Below, piece after piece: positions 51,891-64,000 of a stretch of 64,000 bases of DNA. The notes under the pieces are model-generated. The model did not search any database and was not told the DNA's origin. It saw only the letters and a program-made list of their open reading frames with translations. The number at the start of each line of letters is the position of its first letter. Positions within the stretch are counted from its first letter, which is position 1. The position numbers were made by a program, and so were the translations under genes. This stretch comes from Cetorhinus maximus. Its lineage: Eukaryota. The stretch is from positions 21,824,001-21,888,000 of the forward strand of contig NC_135904.1 of NCBI RefSeq assembly GCF_964194155.1, in the 5' to 3' direction.

Positions 51891-53774
51891 ACTGTAATAA
51901 ATGATTAAAAACACTATTAACTAAACAATATTTTGTAAGCAACTTGTGCTTTAAAGTACAGAAAGGAACATACTACTTTTATACTTTTCACACATTTCAT
52001 GCTCCATGGAATTGCAATCCTTTGTAGCAAACAGTCCACAGCGGCTCCCAGCTTGCAGTGGGTTCACGTTTCCTTGTTTCGATGAATAGTAGTGTCACTT
52101 GACCGTTTCCTGGCACTTCCCTTGGTTTTAGGAGAGTTTCCCAAATCTACTACCAAAAGAAAAGCCCGCTCTGATAATTCTTCTTTACCCCTCCCTTCCC
52201 CAAACCCCACCGCCCCAGCCATGCTAGGATGAATCTCCTGGATTCCTTACATTGCTGCAGAATGCGCCTCTGCGAGCAGAGATTGTTGTAAAAATTTATG
52301 GTTTGTGTTTTAAAATACAACTTTTTATTTTAGGAATAAATGGGACATCTGATTGAGAAACTGGTAAAAACAACTCCATAAATGCAACTCTCATACAAGC
52401 CTAGGTTTATTACAAAGTCAGAGTTGATAGTGAAAAAATTTGAACAATGAATGATCCATATGGAGAAAGGGTTGTAAAATTCCATTAGCGATACATATTA
52501 TTCATTCGGGTTGCAGAATCAAAGAGTTGTGTTGAAGTTAAAATAATTTGTTTGCATTTCTGTTTAAACTATTGCAAAGCATGCAAGTTGCCATAGAGAT
52601 AGTGATTCAGGATGGAGCCTTAGTTAGAAATTTCTTTAATTTATCTATGTATGTTTGCTGACAGAAGCAAGCAGTTCAGTTTGGGGAACAGACAGAGGCA
52701 GTTGTAACTTTGCTTTGGTGTAGACGCTGCATCTCACTGGATTGTGAGAGCCAACAGGACATGATAGTCAGTTAGGCCTTCAAGCAGAGAAACTACTAAC
52801 TTAATTGTTTACCATGTGGAATGTGAGTAGGGTTCTATCTCAGTTTGGATCTTGTGAGGGAAAAGCAGCTGGAAGATTCGCTGTAGCTTGCAGCTAGTGC
52901 AAGAGATCTACAGTGGCCCTCACAGAGCCTTGTGGCAGAAAGAAGTCAGCAGAGTTAGCTTGGAAAGCTATGGGAAGGCAGTTGCATATCTGCCAGCAAC
53001 AAGGAGTTGAGATATCCACAGTTGTGAGGCCTGTAAAGAAAAAGTGGAGGATCGCGTGACCGAAAAGCTAATGGAAGGACCTCCATAGAAACTTACCTCA
53101 GAGGATATCTAGAACATGGAAGAGAATTAGTGAATTCTGGAGAACTCTAGCATACCTTTGGGATGGCCCCAAAGAAAGTTAATGAACCTTCAAGATTTCA
53201 TAAGATAAAAGGGAATTCTTAGGGGAAAGTAACAGGTAGAAGTAGTTTATAGCACAAGTCTTTGTAAACGATATTGTTTGCTCAAATATTTTTGTACACA
53301 ATAAAGTTTGTTTTTGTATTAAAACACATGAAATTTTGTGACATAGCTCTGTCAGTTAATTATGGAGTGTTTGTATTTCTTTTTAAACGTTAACAGTCCT
53401 TAACAGATGGTAACAAGATTGTCTCCCTCCCACATCTAGTTTCAATAGCTCGCAAGGAGCCTGCAGCCTCTTCTCTCTGCTGACCGCGCCAAATGATTTT
53501 CTTTTCCTCCCTCTCTTTTCCCTTCTGCCCCAAAACCTTGGACTGGCAAGTCTATTTACTGTTAGCACAACTGTCTTTGCCCATTGTTTCCAGGGATGAG
53601 AACTTTGCACCATGCTTAGCAGGCCCCTTGACTTAGCCAGGCTTTTGTCAGGCAAGATTCTGAATAGTCACATGACCCTTTTCATTTTAAGTTAAGTTTA
53701 AAGACACAGTCCAAAACATATTCATTTTATAAACCTCATAATTGTAACAATTGGTTCAAGTCTCATTTAAGGAA

Positions 53775-54145
53775 TTAGGCACATAATCCAGGCTGACACA
53801 TACTTTGAGTTTTAAAAGAATGCTGCATTATTGGAGGTGACATCTTTCAGGTGAATCGTTAAACTAAGGCCCCATTTGCACGCTCAGTTGGGCATAAAGA
53901 TCCAATGGTGCTATTCATTGAAGAGCGTGGAGTTCTCCTGGTGTCCCGACCAATACTTGCACATCAACCAACATTACTAAAACAAAATATTTAATCATTT
54001 ATCTTAAAGATTCTGTGAATTTCTGCTGTTTGTGTTTTCCTACATTACAATAGTAACTGTGCCCTAAAAGTGCTTCATTAAATGTGAAAAAGCTTGGTGT
54101 GTTCTAAGGTCCTGAAAGAGGCTATATAAATGCAAGTTCTTTCCT
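53775..54145 (+). mobile_element. Deu-domain SINE
   Basis: gctgacac...aaagatccaatggtgctatt...gagttctcctggtgtcc...ctatataaatgcaagttctttc. Confidence 0.7.
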
Positions 54146-54184
54146 TTTCTTTCTCGCTTTCTCCTTTCGTTTGATCCTTTTTTA

Positions 54185-54625
54185 TTCTTTCATGGGATGT
54201 GGGCATCGCTGGCTAGGCCAACATTTATTGCCCATCCTTAATTACCGTTGAGATGGTGGTGGTGAGCCACCGCCTTGAACGGCTGCAGTCCATGCGGTGT
54301 TGGTACACCCACAGTGCTGTTAGGGAGTTTGTTCCAGGATTTTGACCCAGTGACAGTGAAGGAACAGTGATTATAGTTCCAAGTCAGGATGGTGTGTGGG
54401 TTGGAGGGAAACGTGCAAGTGATGGTGTCCCCATACATCTGCTGCCCTTGTCCTTCTTGGTGGTAGAGGTCGCAGGTTTGGAAGGTGCTGTTGAAGAAGC
54501 CTTGATGAGTTGCTGCAGTGCATCTTGTAGATGGTACACACTGCTGCCATTGTGTGCCGGTGATGGAGGGAGTGAATGTTTTTTGTGGCGGATGGGGTGC
54601 CAATCAAGTGGGCTGCTTTGTCTTG
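54185..54625 (-). mobile_element. LINE 3' end of another family; further copies at ~37013-37215 and ~24040-24160
   Basis: ttcatgggatgtgggcatcgctggctaggccaacatttattgcccatcc...; minus-strand translation HSLHHRHTMAAVCTIYKMHCSNS.RLLQQHLPN is an ORF2 C-terminus. Confidence 0.7.
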
Positions 54626-55582
54626 TCAAACTATGTGTTACCATTGGTTTCGGGTTCTGTCGTTCTTAATGAAACACATGATATGTTGCATTTGAAAGAG
54701 AGAGGGCTTTGTTCCAAGGGATTGCACTGCATTGTTGTGGCCAGAGCTTTCTAATTTCAACTGCTTATCTTGTTTATCCTAGCAAACAGGATGCTCCACT
54801 ATGCTGAGTTCCAAATATTGGCCATGTTAAGCAGAAGAACAGTACCTCTTCATGTTTATTGCTTTCCTATGAATGAGCCTCTCACTGGTTGGGAGCAAGC
54901 CAATCGCAGTACCTTACTTTCTAAGGGGAGAGAGACTTACTAATGGGGAGAAAAAACTCCTTAGAATATGAGAGGCTAAAATCGCTAGAAGCTACAAGAC
55001 ACTAGCAATTTTAATTGTATAATGTATATTTAATTATAATAACACAAAATTTGAGGTTAAAAGTTTTGGCACAGGGAAAACTTTTGTTATTAATATAATT
55101 TGAGTTGGCAGCATTCTTATTGAATAAAATCCTCACAATAAGAGTTTCAAGTGATTTGATTTTCAATTAATCAAATTGTCCTATGTGTGATTTAATTCAA
55201 TCCCTAATACGTTTTCTATGATATAGCATTATGAAGGGATTATAATCAGCTTCTACATTTTCATTATATTTGAATGTTAAATTGTAATTTATTAGAATAA
55301 TAACTTGCAATAATCTGATTTGAATAGTTTAAATATTGATTATTTTATTAAATGGAAATGTTGCATTGCATTCTTTGGTTTCTGCTATTTAACCCTGCAA
55401 TATGAAGTTTTTTTTAAGAACTGTGGTCAACCCTGGCATTTGTAGAAAAGGAACAGACATTTGTCTCCTGGGATTTTCACTGTGCTAACTACTTGGCTTT
55501 ATGTTTTAGAATAATTTGTTGCACTTGTTACATTTAGTAAAAGCTTGAAACACTTTATTCACCATAATTTGCTTTTCACCAG

Positions 55583-55662
55583 ATGAAACTGGGCACACAG
55601 AACTGCCAATAGAAACTCTCAGCTCCTCTGTTACATTAGCGGAAAAGGAATTACTCTCCGAG
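55583..55662 (+). CDS. CCPG1: CCPG1 coding exon 3 (poorly conserved linker)
   Basis: ttttcaccag|(D)ETGHTELPIETLSSSVTLAEKELLSE|gtgaga; 80 nt restores phase between the flanking exons. Confidence 0.8.
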
Positions 55663-56704
55663 GTGAGATTACAGTGGAACCATCTTCTGTTATGAACACA
55701 GGCACAATATTCAGTTGGTCAGGTGATAACACATTGTAGCTTTTGGGTGAAGTATAATAAATTTAAAGAACAAAACTGAAACTCATCAACAATTTGCAAG
55801 GTATTGCCATTACTTTGTCTATAAAATGATTTAATAACGATAGTAGAATTCACAAGAATTCTGATTAAAGTGATTATTTGGATTACTAGTTAGTATTTAG
55901 GAATTGATCACGCTGTGTTGCACATAATCTTTAACGGTACATAACTGATTTTAACAGAAGTTATACTGCATGCATACCTATGGGAACGATCTAAGATACA
56001 AGCACTTGAAAAAAATCTAGAGTATGGAAGGGTAAAAAAGAACTAAAAATATAGCACTGACTTTTCATCATCATATGAGGTCTGCACAGTGGGGCTCAGG
56101 AATGCAGAGTACCTGAATAGTATAAGAATCCTGGGGGTATGTCACAGCACTACTTAAGCTAATTGGTCCTACCCTCAATCACACAGGAAGTTTGAGTGGA
56201 ATATGGCTTGCTTGCATTTGTTTCTCTCTCTCTCATTCCACTCGAGCTCTAAGTATTTCTGCAAACTTCATCTCTTTCCTGAATCCTGTAATGAAATCAA
56301 GACATTGCATCATCTCTACTCCAATTCAGCCTTTCCCAAGCCAATGGAACTTATTACATGTCCTTTTATTCAACATTTTATAGGAAAATCACTAGTTTTT
56401 GATTTACTGTATTGTTTCCTTTATTGTTTTATAATTAGTGGTCTCCTATGCACTTGACAGTTTGGGAATAGACAAAAGATCTTTCTCGGAAATCAAAAGC
56501 TTTGTATTACTGCAACTCAAACTATTAAATAGTGATGAAAATCATGTTGCCAGAAGTGTTCTACCAAATGTAGCTTTAAACACCTGACATGGGTGTAAGA
56601 TAGTTAGATTCTGTTTGGCTGATTTACAGGAATAGGTTGTTGCTGATGCTGATTTTTTTTTTTAAATGAAAAGTTAACAAAAGATTCCTGTTTGCTTGTT
56701 TCAG

Positions 56705-56915
56705 GCACCGAAAGAAAAATTGGCTGATGACAGTACTTTTGTTGGTGCAACTAGTGATGATTCAGATATTGTTACCCTTGAGCCACCACCTGTGGAAGAT
56801 CTTCAAGCTGTCCAGGAGGAACCTGAAGTTGCAGCAGAAGAGCAGACAAATGATGACGAATTGAACCTAGGCTCATCTTCCAGTAGCCAGTATACCTTTG
56901 CCCCACCAGAAACTG
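56705..56915 (+). CDS. CCPG1: CCPG1 coding exon 4 (FIR2 SDDSDIVTLEPP)
   Basis: tttcag|APKEKLADDSTFVGATSDDSDIVTLEPPP...LNLGSSSSSQYTFAPPET|gtaagg. Confidence 0.96.
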
Positions 56916-58442
56916 GTAAGGGCAGGTCATTTAGGGTATAACTGTGTACAAGCTAACAATTTTGGACTGCAGTAACTTAATTCTGTATTGTAGATGTTTA
57001 GGTAAATGTGAACTAAACACTAGTATTATTTTCAACTAGTTATTTGTGTTCAGCTGTTGGAATACTATTGAGGTTAAAAGTTAATCATTTTATTATCCCA
57101 ATAGAAGTTACTTTTATTCTTCTTCGATGTTCAAGTGAATGATTTTTCTGTTTGCTTACATCAGACTTTTTTGATGCCTCCTTAATAATATAGCTGCCTT
57201 AGACTGCATTCTGCACTGCTAGGTTATTGAATTTACAGCGTTCATGATATTAAATTGAAATTACAGGCAAAGAGTAACAAATACTTGAAAATACATTTAT
57301 AACACATTAAAAGAAAGTTAACTGAACCTCAAAAGTAAACATATGTATTTTGTATGTACATTAATTGCCTTTTCTACCTGTATGTGACATTCTTGCCATG
57401 CTTCACCCACAGAGTTCAATGCAGATTTTTGTTTCTTCTATTTTTCGGGGTCTCCATCTCCCACAACATTCTTGCCTCTGTTGACTTGCTCATTAATTCC
57501 TTTGGTTATGTCCTTGATGCTTGTGCTCCCACCAAGTCATCCATTGTCTTCCACACCTCTAGTTCCTCTAGTAGAGTTCCCAGCTTACATTCAAAAGTCT
57601 GAGGGTTGCACTTGAATTTGCCTAATGCTGCACCAAAGTTGGGCTTCTATATTTGTATTGTGATCTCTTAGTTACTAAAGTAAACAGAGCTTCACAATCT
57701 TCCCAAATAAAATTTGTTTAATAATCACACTTTCTTTTTTAAAAATGAAATTAATGTGTGGTCCGCACATCAGGAAAGTGAGGTAAATGTTTTCGGAAAA
57801 CAAATGGGTGAAATGAAGTATGCAGGAGCAGCTGTGGAAGACTCTAGAACATGTAAAAGAATTGTGTAGTTGAAAGAGCATCTGTCTGGCAGTCTGATTT
57901 TCCCAAGTGGCGTGATCAAACTGAACCAGTCGGCTTTATTTATGCAGGGTGACTAATAGTGATTCATAGGACTGTTGTTTATACATTTTTTTTAACTGAG
58001 CCCAATGCAATTAACTTAGTATTCTAACCTGCAAAAGCTTTACATTTTATTTAAACCTAACTATCTAAAATTATCTATGATTTTTAGCTGTACTGTGAAT
58101 GATTGAAAAAAGCATGTTATGCAAGGAATGAGATTTTCTCATAACTTGTTCAGACTTGCCTCAGAAACTTGTATGTGGGTCATACTGATATACTATTTGT
58201 TTGTGAATTAGTGACTTCATGCTTATCAAGGTAGGAAATATTTGTACCAGAAGTGGAAGTTTTTGCAATTGCTCAACAATAAGTACACCTTAATAGCATG
58301 GTTTGGTTGCAGAGTAAAACTCCTGCCCTGGCCCAACAATAGTCTTTTTAACTCCAATTTCAGAAGAGTACTACCTTCTGAAAAGGGTAATCATCAATTT
58401 CTTATGTTGGGCATGTTGCTCATTGTGCCTAATCAATGACAT

Positions 58443-59061
58443 GGACAGAATTTAATGTCCACAACTGTGGTGAGTTTAGTGGTGCATGAATGGCATCCCC
58501 ATCCCATTGTTATTGATGCCCTTAAGTGAGCAATTAATGCCCCCTTAAGGGCATCATCCCTCTGCCACTGGTATTCACCCATTGGCAGGTGGTGGACTTG
58601 CCGTGCGAGAAACCCAAAAATGAAGCCCTGTTTGGGTTGCTTGTGGGCTTCGAGGATGGGGTCCCTTGTTGTCAGGCACTCAGTGCCTGATTGAGGGATC
58701 CAGCATCAGGAAGGGAGGACCCACTGAGAGCCACCTCTTTCCCTTGCTGCCTTCCCCACCCCGCCATCACTCACCTGTGGCATGGAATTCAGCAATGATA
58801 ATAGGCCTTGGATGGGTGTTGCTGTTCAATAGAGGTGCCAGCCCCTGATTGGCTGACAGCTCTCAGGGGGCAGGACTTACGCCCCCGGGGTCCCTGATCT
58901 CGGGGAAGGCCCACCGCTGTCCAATTAAGTGCCTGAGTGGCACTTAATTAAGTGGACCTTCCCTAAAAGAGGTGACGTGTGGGGCTATTGCTGGCTCGCC
59001 CCCTAACGGGCAAGACCCACCCACCCCCACCTCCATTAAACACCACTCCATTAATTCCACC
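58443..59061. mobile_element. Harbinger-type MITE; relatives at ~5926-6620 and ~36370-36850
   Basis: TIR-like ggacagaatttaatg / cattaattccacc; internal block gtcccttgttgtcaggcactcagtgcctgattgaggga is the reverse complement of ~6283-6320, and gattggctgacagctctcagggggcaggactt is the reverse of ~36455-36490. Confidence 0.6.
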
Positions 59062-59444
59062 ACGCAATTCTATTTAGAACCAATTGAGATCATTTCATTC
59101 TGAGTCTTTAGGAGGTAAAATGACGACAGCAGCAAACTATATTAGTGCATTTCAAATCAGTGATTTGCTAACCATTCCAGAACTTTGCAACCATTTACAA
59201 GATCACCATTTGTTCCAATTTTGTTCAAAAGTAGTCAGTAGGAGACACGTTTCATTTTAAAAACCATGATATTTTTAAAACAGAAAACTTAATTATGTCA
59301 CTGTCCAGTGTTTAATCCTTTAATTTATGTTCAGTTTTCCATTTATGTGCTCAACCCAATTAAATCAGTTGTAGATTCTTCTGGCTTTATTTTTATCAAT
59401 ACCTACATAACAGTAATTACACTTCAAAATGCAATTGATTGAAC

Positions 59445-59710
59445 ATATATGAGAAAAGGAGCAGGAGTAGGCCATATGTCCCCTCAAGCTTTCTCTGTCA
59501 TATAATAAGATCAAGGCTGATCCTCGATCTCAACTCCACTTGCCTGCCTGATCCCCATTTCCCTTAGAATCCAAAAATCTATCACTCTCAACCCTGAACA
59601 TACTTAATGACTAAGCTTTCTCAGCTCTATAATGTAGCTCCAAAGCTTCATGACCCTTTGAGTGAAGAAATTTCTTTTCATGTCAGCACTAAATGGCTGA
59701 CCCCTTCTCC
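59445..59710 (-). mobile_element. CR1 3' end fragment
   Basis: aggagcaggagtaggccat...gagtgaagaaatttct. Confidence 0.7.
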
Positions 59711-59799
59711 TGTGTGCTTTAGGACATCCTGTTTATAAACTATAAATGCATTCTTTTTTTCTTGCTTCCTAAATATTTGTATAATTTCTGCCAAAACCA

Positions 59800-60460
59800 A
59801 CCTGTTAAGCTTTTGTCTCAAACTCTGGGTGCTCATTCCTGATTCAGTTCCTTCCAACTCCTCCTTTCAGGCTGAATCTAGCAGTCTGTATCCTCAATGC
59901 TCTGCTCCATCCTGAGCCAAGCTTCAAACTCCAAATCTAGTCCATTATTAAGACCACTCATAACTACCTTTGAAACATTATTTGCCACTGTTTCATTCAA
60001 CCTCCCTCCCACTGCTTCTGGAACACATATCCATGACTTTGCGATCCCCAGGCCTGACTTTTCCAACAGGGAAAGCTTCCAAGAATCTTCTAGCCTACAC
60101 AAAGCCCCAACTTATTCAGAACTTAACTGCCACATCTCATCTGACCCATCAGCTCAGTCCTCATGAACTCATAAACCCCAATGAATTCATTTCCAAACAT
60201 TGCCCTTGTGTACAGACCCATTTGTGAACTTTCCTCATCCACCAGCTCTGAGCCCCATTTTGCAATCTGCGCTGTTACGAATCTTAATCAATATGAATGT
60301 TTCCTCCAGTGGCCCATCTGTGTGGCAGACATTTTGCTGTCATGCCCTGCACTCTGGAATTCAATTTCTTAATCCATTCACCTTGTGGCATCTCTATCTG
60401 CCTTCAAATGCTCCTTTGAAAACCTACCTTTTTGAATATTCCTTTGACCACTTCCTCTAA
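59800..60460 (+). mobile_element. L2-clade LINE 3' fragment, old
   Basis: Remnants resembling SRLDYSN and LQLIQN, plus the typical 3' UTR ...gccctgcactctggaattc...aaaacctacctttttga. Confidence 0.55.
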
Positions 60461-60814
60461 CCTGCTCAATGTCTACTACCCCAGGTTTTGTGAAGTGGAC
60501 TAGTTTGTTACTTACAAGATGTTAGGAATATAAGCTCTTAACTGAACTGAACAGGGTTATGTTTTCTTTTCCCTCTTCAATATTGAGTAAAAGCTTGGAA
60601 AGGGGAAGAACAATCCACTGGGGGAAGGAAGTTCTTTATCTTGGCAAGCTTGACTGTATTGCTTAAAAGATTAATGTGTTAACTTGTTTGTCTTCCTTGT
60701 CCAATTTTGAAATGAGCTGCACAGTGTAAATGTTATTTTGTTTTTTGCATTTGACATTTCAGTGTGTGTGTTAAGTATGACTTACTTCAGTTTTGAAGAA
60801 AGTGGATCAGGTGT

Positions 60815-61230
60815 CATAGAGTCATAAAATACAGCACAGAAGGAGGCCATTTGGCCTGTGGTATCCTTGCCAGTTCTCTGCAAGTGCAAGTCACTTAGTC
60901 TCACTCCCCTTTCCTTATCCCTGTAGCCCTGCAAATTGTTTCTGTTCAAATAATTATCCAATTCTCTTTTGAGCCTCAATAGAATCTGCCTCCACCGCAT
61001 TCTCAGACAGTTCATTCCAGATTCTAACTGCTCGCTGCATTGAAAAAGTTTTCCTCATGTCACTGTTGCTTCTTTTGCCAATCACCTTAAATCAGGGCCC
61101 TCTGGTTCTTGGCACTTCTGCCAAGATCCTCCCTATCTATTATGCCTAGACCCCTCATGATTTTGAACACCTCTATCAAATTTCATCTTAATCTTTTCTT
61201 CTCTCGGGAGAACAGCCTCAGCTTCTCCAT
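60815..61230 (-). mobile_element. CR1 3' end fragment
   Basis: catagagtcataaaatacagcacagaaggaggccatttggcc...gattttgaacacctctatcaaat; a related degenerate copy lies at ~44240-44700. Confidence 0.7.
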
Positions 61231-61517
61231 TCTAGATTGTTTTCTGAGTAACAGCTTTGTATAAACCCTGTTTGGTTCATTTCGGAGAAGGTCCTGAGCA
61301 GCCCCATCCAACCTAGTTGCTAGGATCTTGGCTAATATTTCATAGTCAGCATTGAGCAGGGATAGGAGTCAACAAGCATAGAGCCTTTTTCCTTTACAGA
61401 GCTTTATAAATGATCCCATTGTCCCATGTGATAAATTAGTAATAACCACAGGTAGACTTTATTGCATTGATGCTTATTGTACAGTATCCTATATAATCTT
61501 TATCATAACTTTTTCAG

Positions 61518-61763
61518 TATCTGCGATTGAAGGAAGCAGAGAGGAATCAAGTAGTGATGAAACCAGTGGTAGATCCAGCCCCACACTGCGAAGACGACGA
61601 ATTAGGAAAAAAACTATCTCTTCTTCTGAAACTGAGGATAAACCTGATGAGGATGTGGTGGATGGTGAACAGCAGCAACAGCATCGGTTCAATACCACTC
61701 TGAATAAATGCATTTTACTTGCACTGGTTATCGCTTTCAGCATGGGATTCGGACACTTCTATG
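61518..61763 (+). CDS. CCPG1: CCPG1 coding exon 5 (basic motif and transmembrane helix); gene continues past the window
   Basis: ttttcag|..[33 protein letters not shown]...[21 protein letters not shown]|gtaagc, matching human [21 protein letters not shown]. Confidence 0.96.
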
Positions 61764-62647
61764 GTAAGCTTAACAGAATCAACTTGCGTGTATATAGCCC
61801 CTTTGCCATAGTTAATGTTCCATAGTGTGCCACAGAAGAGAAAGGGAAGAGGAGAAGAATATTTTGTTGTACTGGAGAATTAGAGGAAAAGATCGAAGAA
61901 AGAAATTTTGAGAAGCGTTTGAAAGTGGGGAGAAAAGTAGCAACATGACAGCTTAAGGCTCTAGTATGGATACTGGAGTTGAGAGAAGGGAGAACACATA
62001 GAAGGGACAACTCAGTGAGATAATTAAGTTGTGCTGCAACATTGGATAGTGCAGTCTTGTGGTACACCAGTTTGACTTCCTTTTTATTAACTTTGACATC
62101 ACCAACTGAAACAAGACAAGTTTCTACAAATCTGCAGCTTGTGCAGAGTCATCTGCTGAGTCTCCATTTTCCTGTCAATCTTGAAGGTATGTGAGCTTAA
62201 CAAACAAAAAGGAACAACAAAAGCTTAGGGGAAAGAAAGGAAATAATAAGCCAACATTGATGTTTACAAAGGTCCAATGGAGTGCAATGTTTGTTCAGGG
62301 TAGGTGGGGGGTGGTCTTATCGGCTTGAAAGAACGTTTGCTACATCTTTGTCATTGTTGGAGGCCAGAATTTGGAGGAATGATTATTTTTAAATCTTGAA
62401 TAGTAGTAATTTTATTGGAAATTGCAATCTTGAGGATTTCCCCCCAAAAATACTGTAAGTTGAGCAATAAACAGAATTTAAAAATCTTCTGTATCAGTAG
62501 TTGAATATAGTTGATGCTGCTGGGAGCATTGAACCAGGTATAGAGATGCCATATTTTACTGTTTCCAGGTCCTGGGAAGCCAGTCAGTAGTGTAAACTGT
62601 TTTGCTTGGCAGAACAGAACTTGAGCATTACTAAAAAAAGAGACATG

Positions 62648-62682
62648 CTGTAAAAGCTTTTCATTTGCACTCATCAGGACAG
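62648..62682 (-). ncRNA. Minimal type I hammerhead ribozyme motif in a Penelope terminal fragment
   Basis: Minus strand CUGUC-CUGAUGA-GUGCAAAU-GAAA-AGCUUUU-ACAG: core boxes CUGAUGA and GAAA intact, palindromic AAGCUU stem III, CUGU/ACAG stem I. Confidence 0.55.
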
Positions 62683-64000
62683 ACACAAGAATACCAAATT
62701 TCAAAGAGTGCAACAAGTGCAAGCCAAAAAGCGTCGCTAGCATGTCTTTCTTTTCGGCAATACTCAAGTATAACCTTACTTATTGTTTGCTAAATTTTAA
62801 AGTAGAAGATGGAAAAAGACACTGCTTTTTATTAAGAACATGCATATTCTGACTGTTATAGTAGAGCATACCTTTCAAAAATCTTTCCAGTCATGAATTG
62901 CACAAGGAAATGTAGTGTCACTTGCTCACTTGTATGATTTTAGGGGACTGAGCTGTTGCATCTTAGTTGTGCATTTTGCTTGTAATGCAGTTAGTTTAAA
63001 GGCCATTCTGGTACGTTGTGTCATCTAAGTGCATTTTGGTTTATGGTTAGTTTTTTTTAATGTATTTTCAGGTGAATTTGAAGGTAAAAAAGGCAGTGAG
63101 TACAATCACCAAAGTTATGAGAATTGTGTGGAAATATTTTATCAAATTTACATGCATTGGAGTGGTAACTAGAGTCTTGGAACCTTTCTCGATGCTGCAA
63201 GTTTTATTGCTCTAATGGGTTCCTTTTGATTTTTAAAAAAAATGTCAAGACATTTTGTTTTTTAAGTTTAAAAGAAAAATTAGTGACTTCTTTCAAAAGA
63301 AATGAACACCAGCAATGTCCCAGCTGTTTACATGTGTGCAACACAGAAGTGCATAACTCCTCTTATTTTTGAATTTCAAGGGGATATTGCACCTAATATT
63401 GGACAGACATACTCAAGACTCTCCCACTGTTCTGATGGTCTCCAAAGATGTATGAGATTTTAAAGTAACACCCTGCTCCATAGGGGAATGATGGTCTTCT
63501 ACCTGACACCCTCACTCGAGCAAGCGAGACTACTAACTCAAGAGCGTGGGGTGGATCAGGTCTTCATTCTGTCACTTCACAGCACCACATGGCAGTGCCT
63601 CAAAGCGTATTCTGTAACTTGGTGCCCCTTTTCTTTGGAAGTTGTGATTTACAGTATTTGAAGAAGTTATGTACATAATCATCCACTGGAGCAAGTGGTA
63701 ATACTTGCAGTAGCCAAGATGAGGTTTTTAAATTTAGGATTTAAGTTGGTACTTGAAAGCATTACGGAGTGTATGCAGCATGTAAAATTTGATTCAATAT
63801 TGGTTGGTTGTCCACATACAGCAGCAAATGCCCCTAACGTTTTTTTCAGGTTTGGCTGGCTTAAAGCATGTACATTATTTATTGAGATTAATTAATGTAA
63901 TATATACCATTTGTAATCTGTTCACTTTTTTCCTGTAGCATGCAAAAAATTCAAGTATCTTTATATTGTAATTTGAATGTATTTGATATAGAAAAATATC

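Noticed and set aside
52620-53750. Possible further LTR fragments (AATAAA near 53300, tgtaaca/ggtaaca ends)
   Set aside because: Boundaries and TSD could not be defined by eye

Overview
Eukaryotic (vertebrate) genomic DNA. The repeat landscape (CR1 LINEs with an esterase ORF1, Deu-domain SINEs, Penelope-like elements, two-gene Harbinger transposons) suggests a cartilaginous fish such as a shark; this is an inference. The window holds the syntenic block DNAAF4(DYX1C1, +) - PIERCE2(C15orf65, -) - CCPG1(+), in the same order as in human. DNAAF4 is complete: 9 coding exons, 15647-31228, about 428 aa, all introns GT-AG and phase-consistent. PIERCE2 is a 276-aa ORF whose conserved domain is preceded by about nine ~18-aa tandem repeats not present in the human protein. 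CCPG1 is present as its first 5 coding exons (LIR, FIR and TM motifs) and continues beyond the window. PIERCE2 and CCPG1 share a CpG-rich bidirectional promoter with RFX X-box-like and UPR-like motifs. Mobile DNA includes a near full-length CR1 ending about 260 bp before the DNAAF4 ATG plus an inverted partial copy, a complete but inactivated 4.4-kb PIF/Harbinger element in the last DNAAF4 intron, a second nested Harbinger relic, solo LTRs with TSDs, an inverted Penelope GIY-YIG pair, and several tiny TSD-flanked or fold-back Penelope-derived inserts carrying minimal hammerhead ribozyme cores. No CRISPR, rRNA or tRNA genes were seen. Gene identities rest on recalled similarity to the human proteins; no database search was run.
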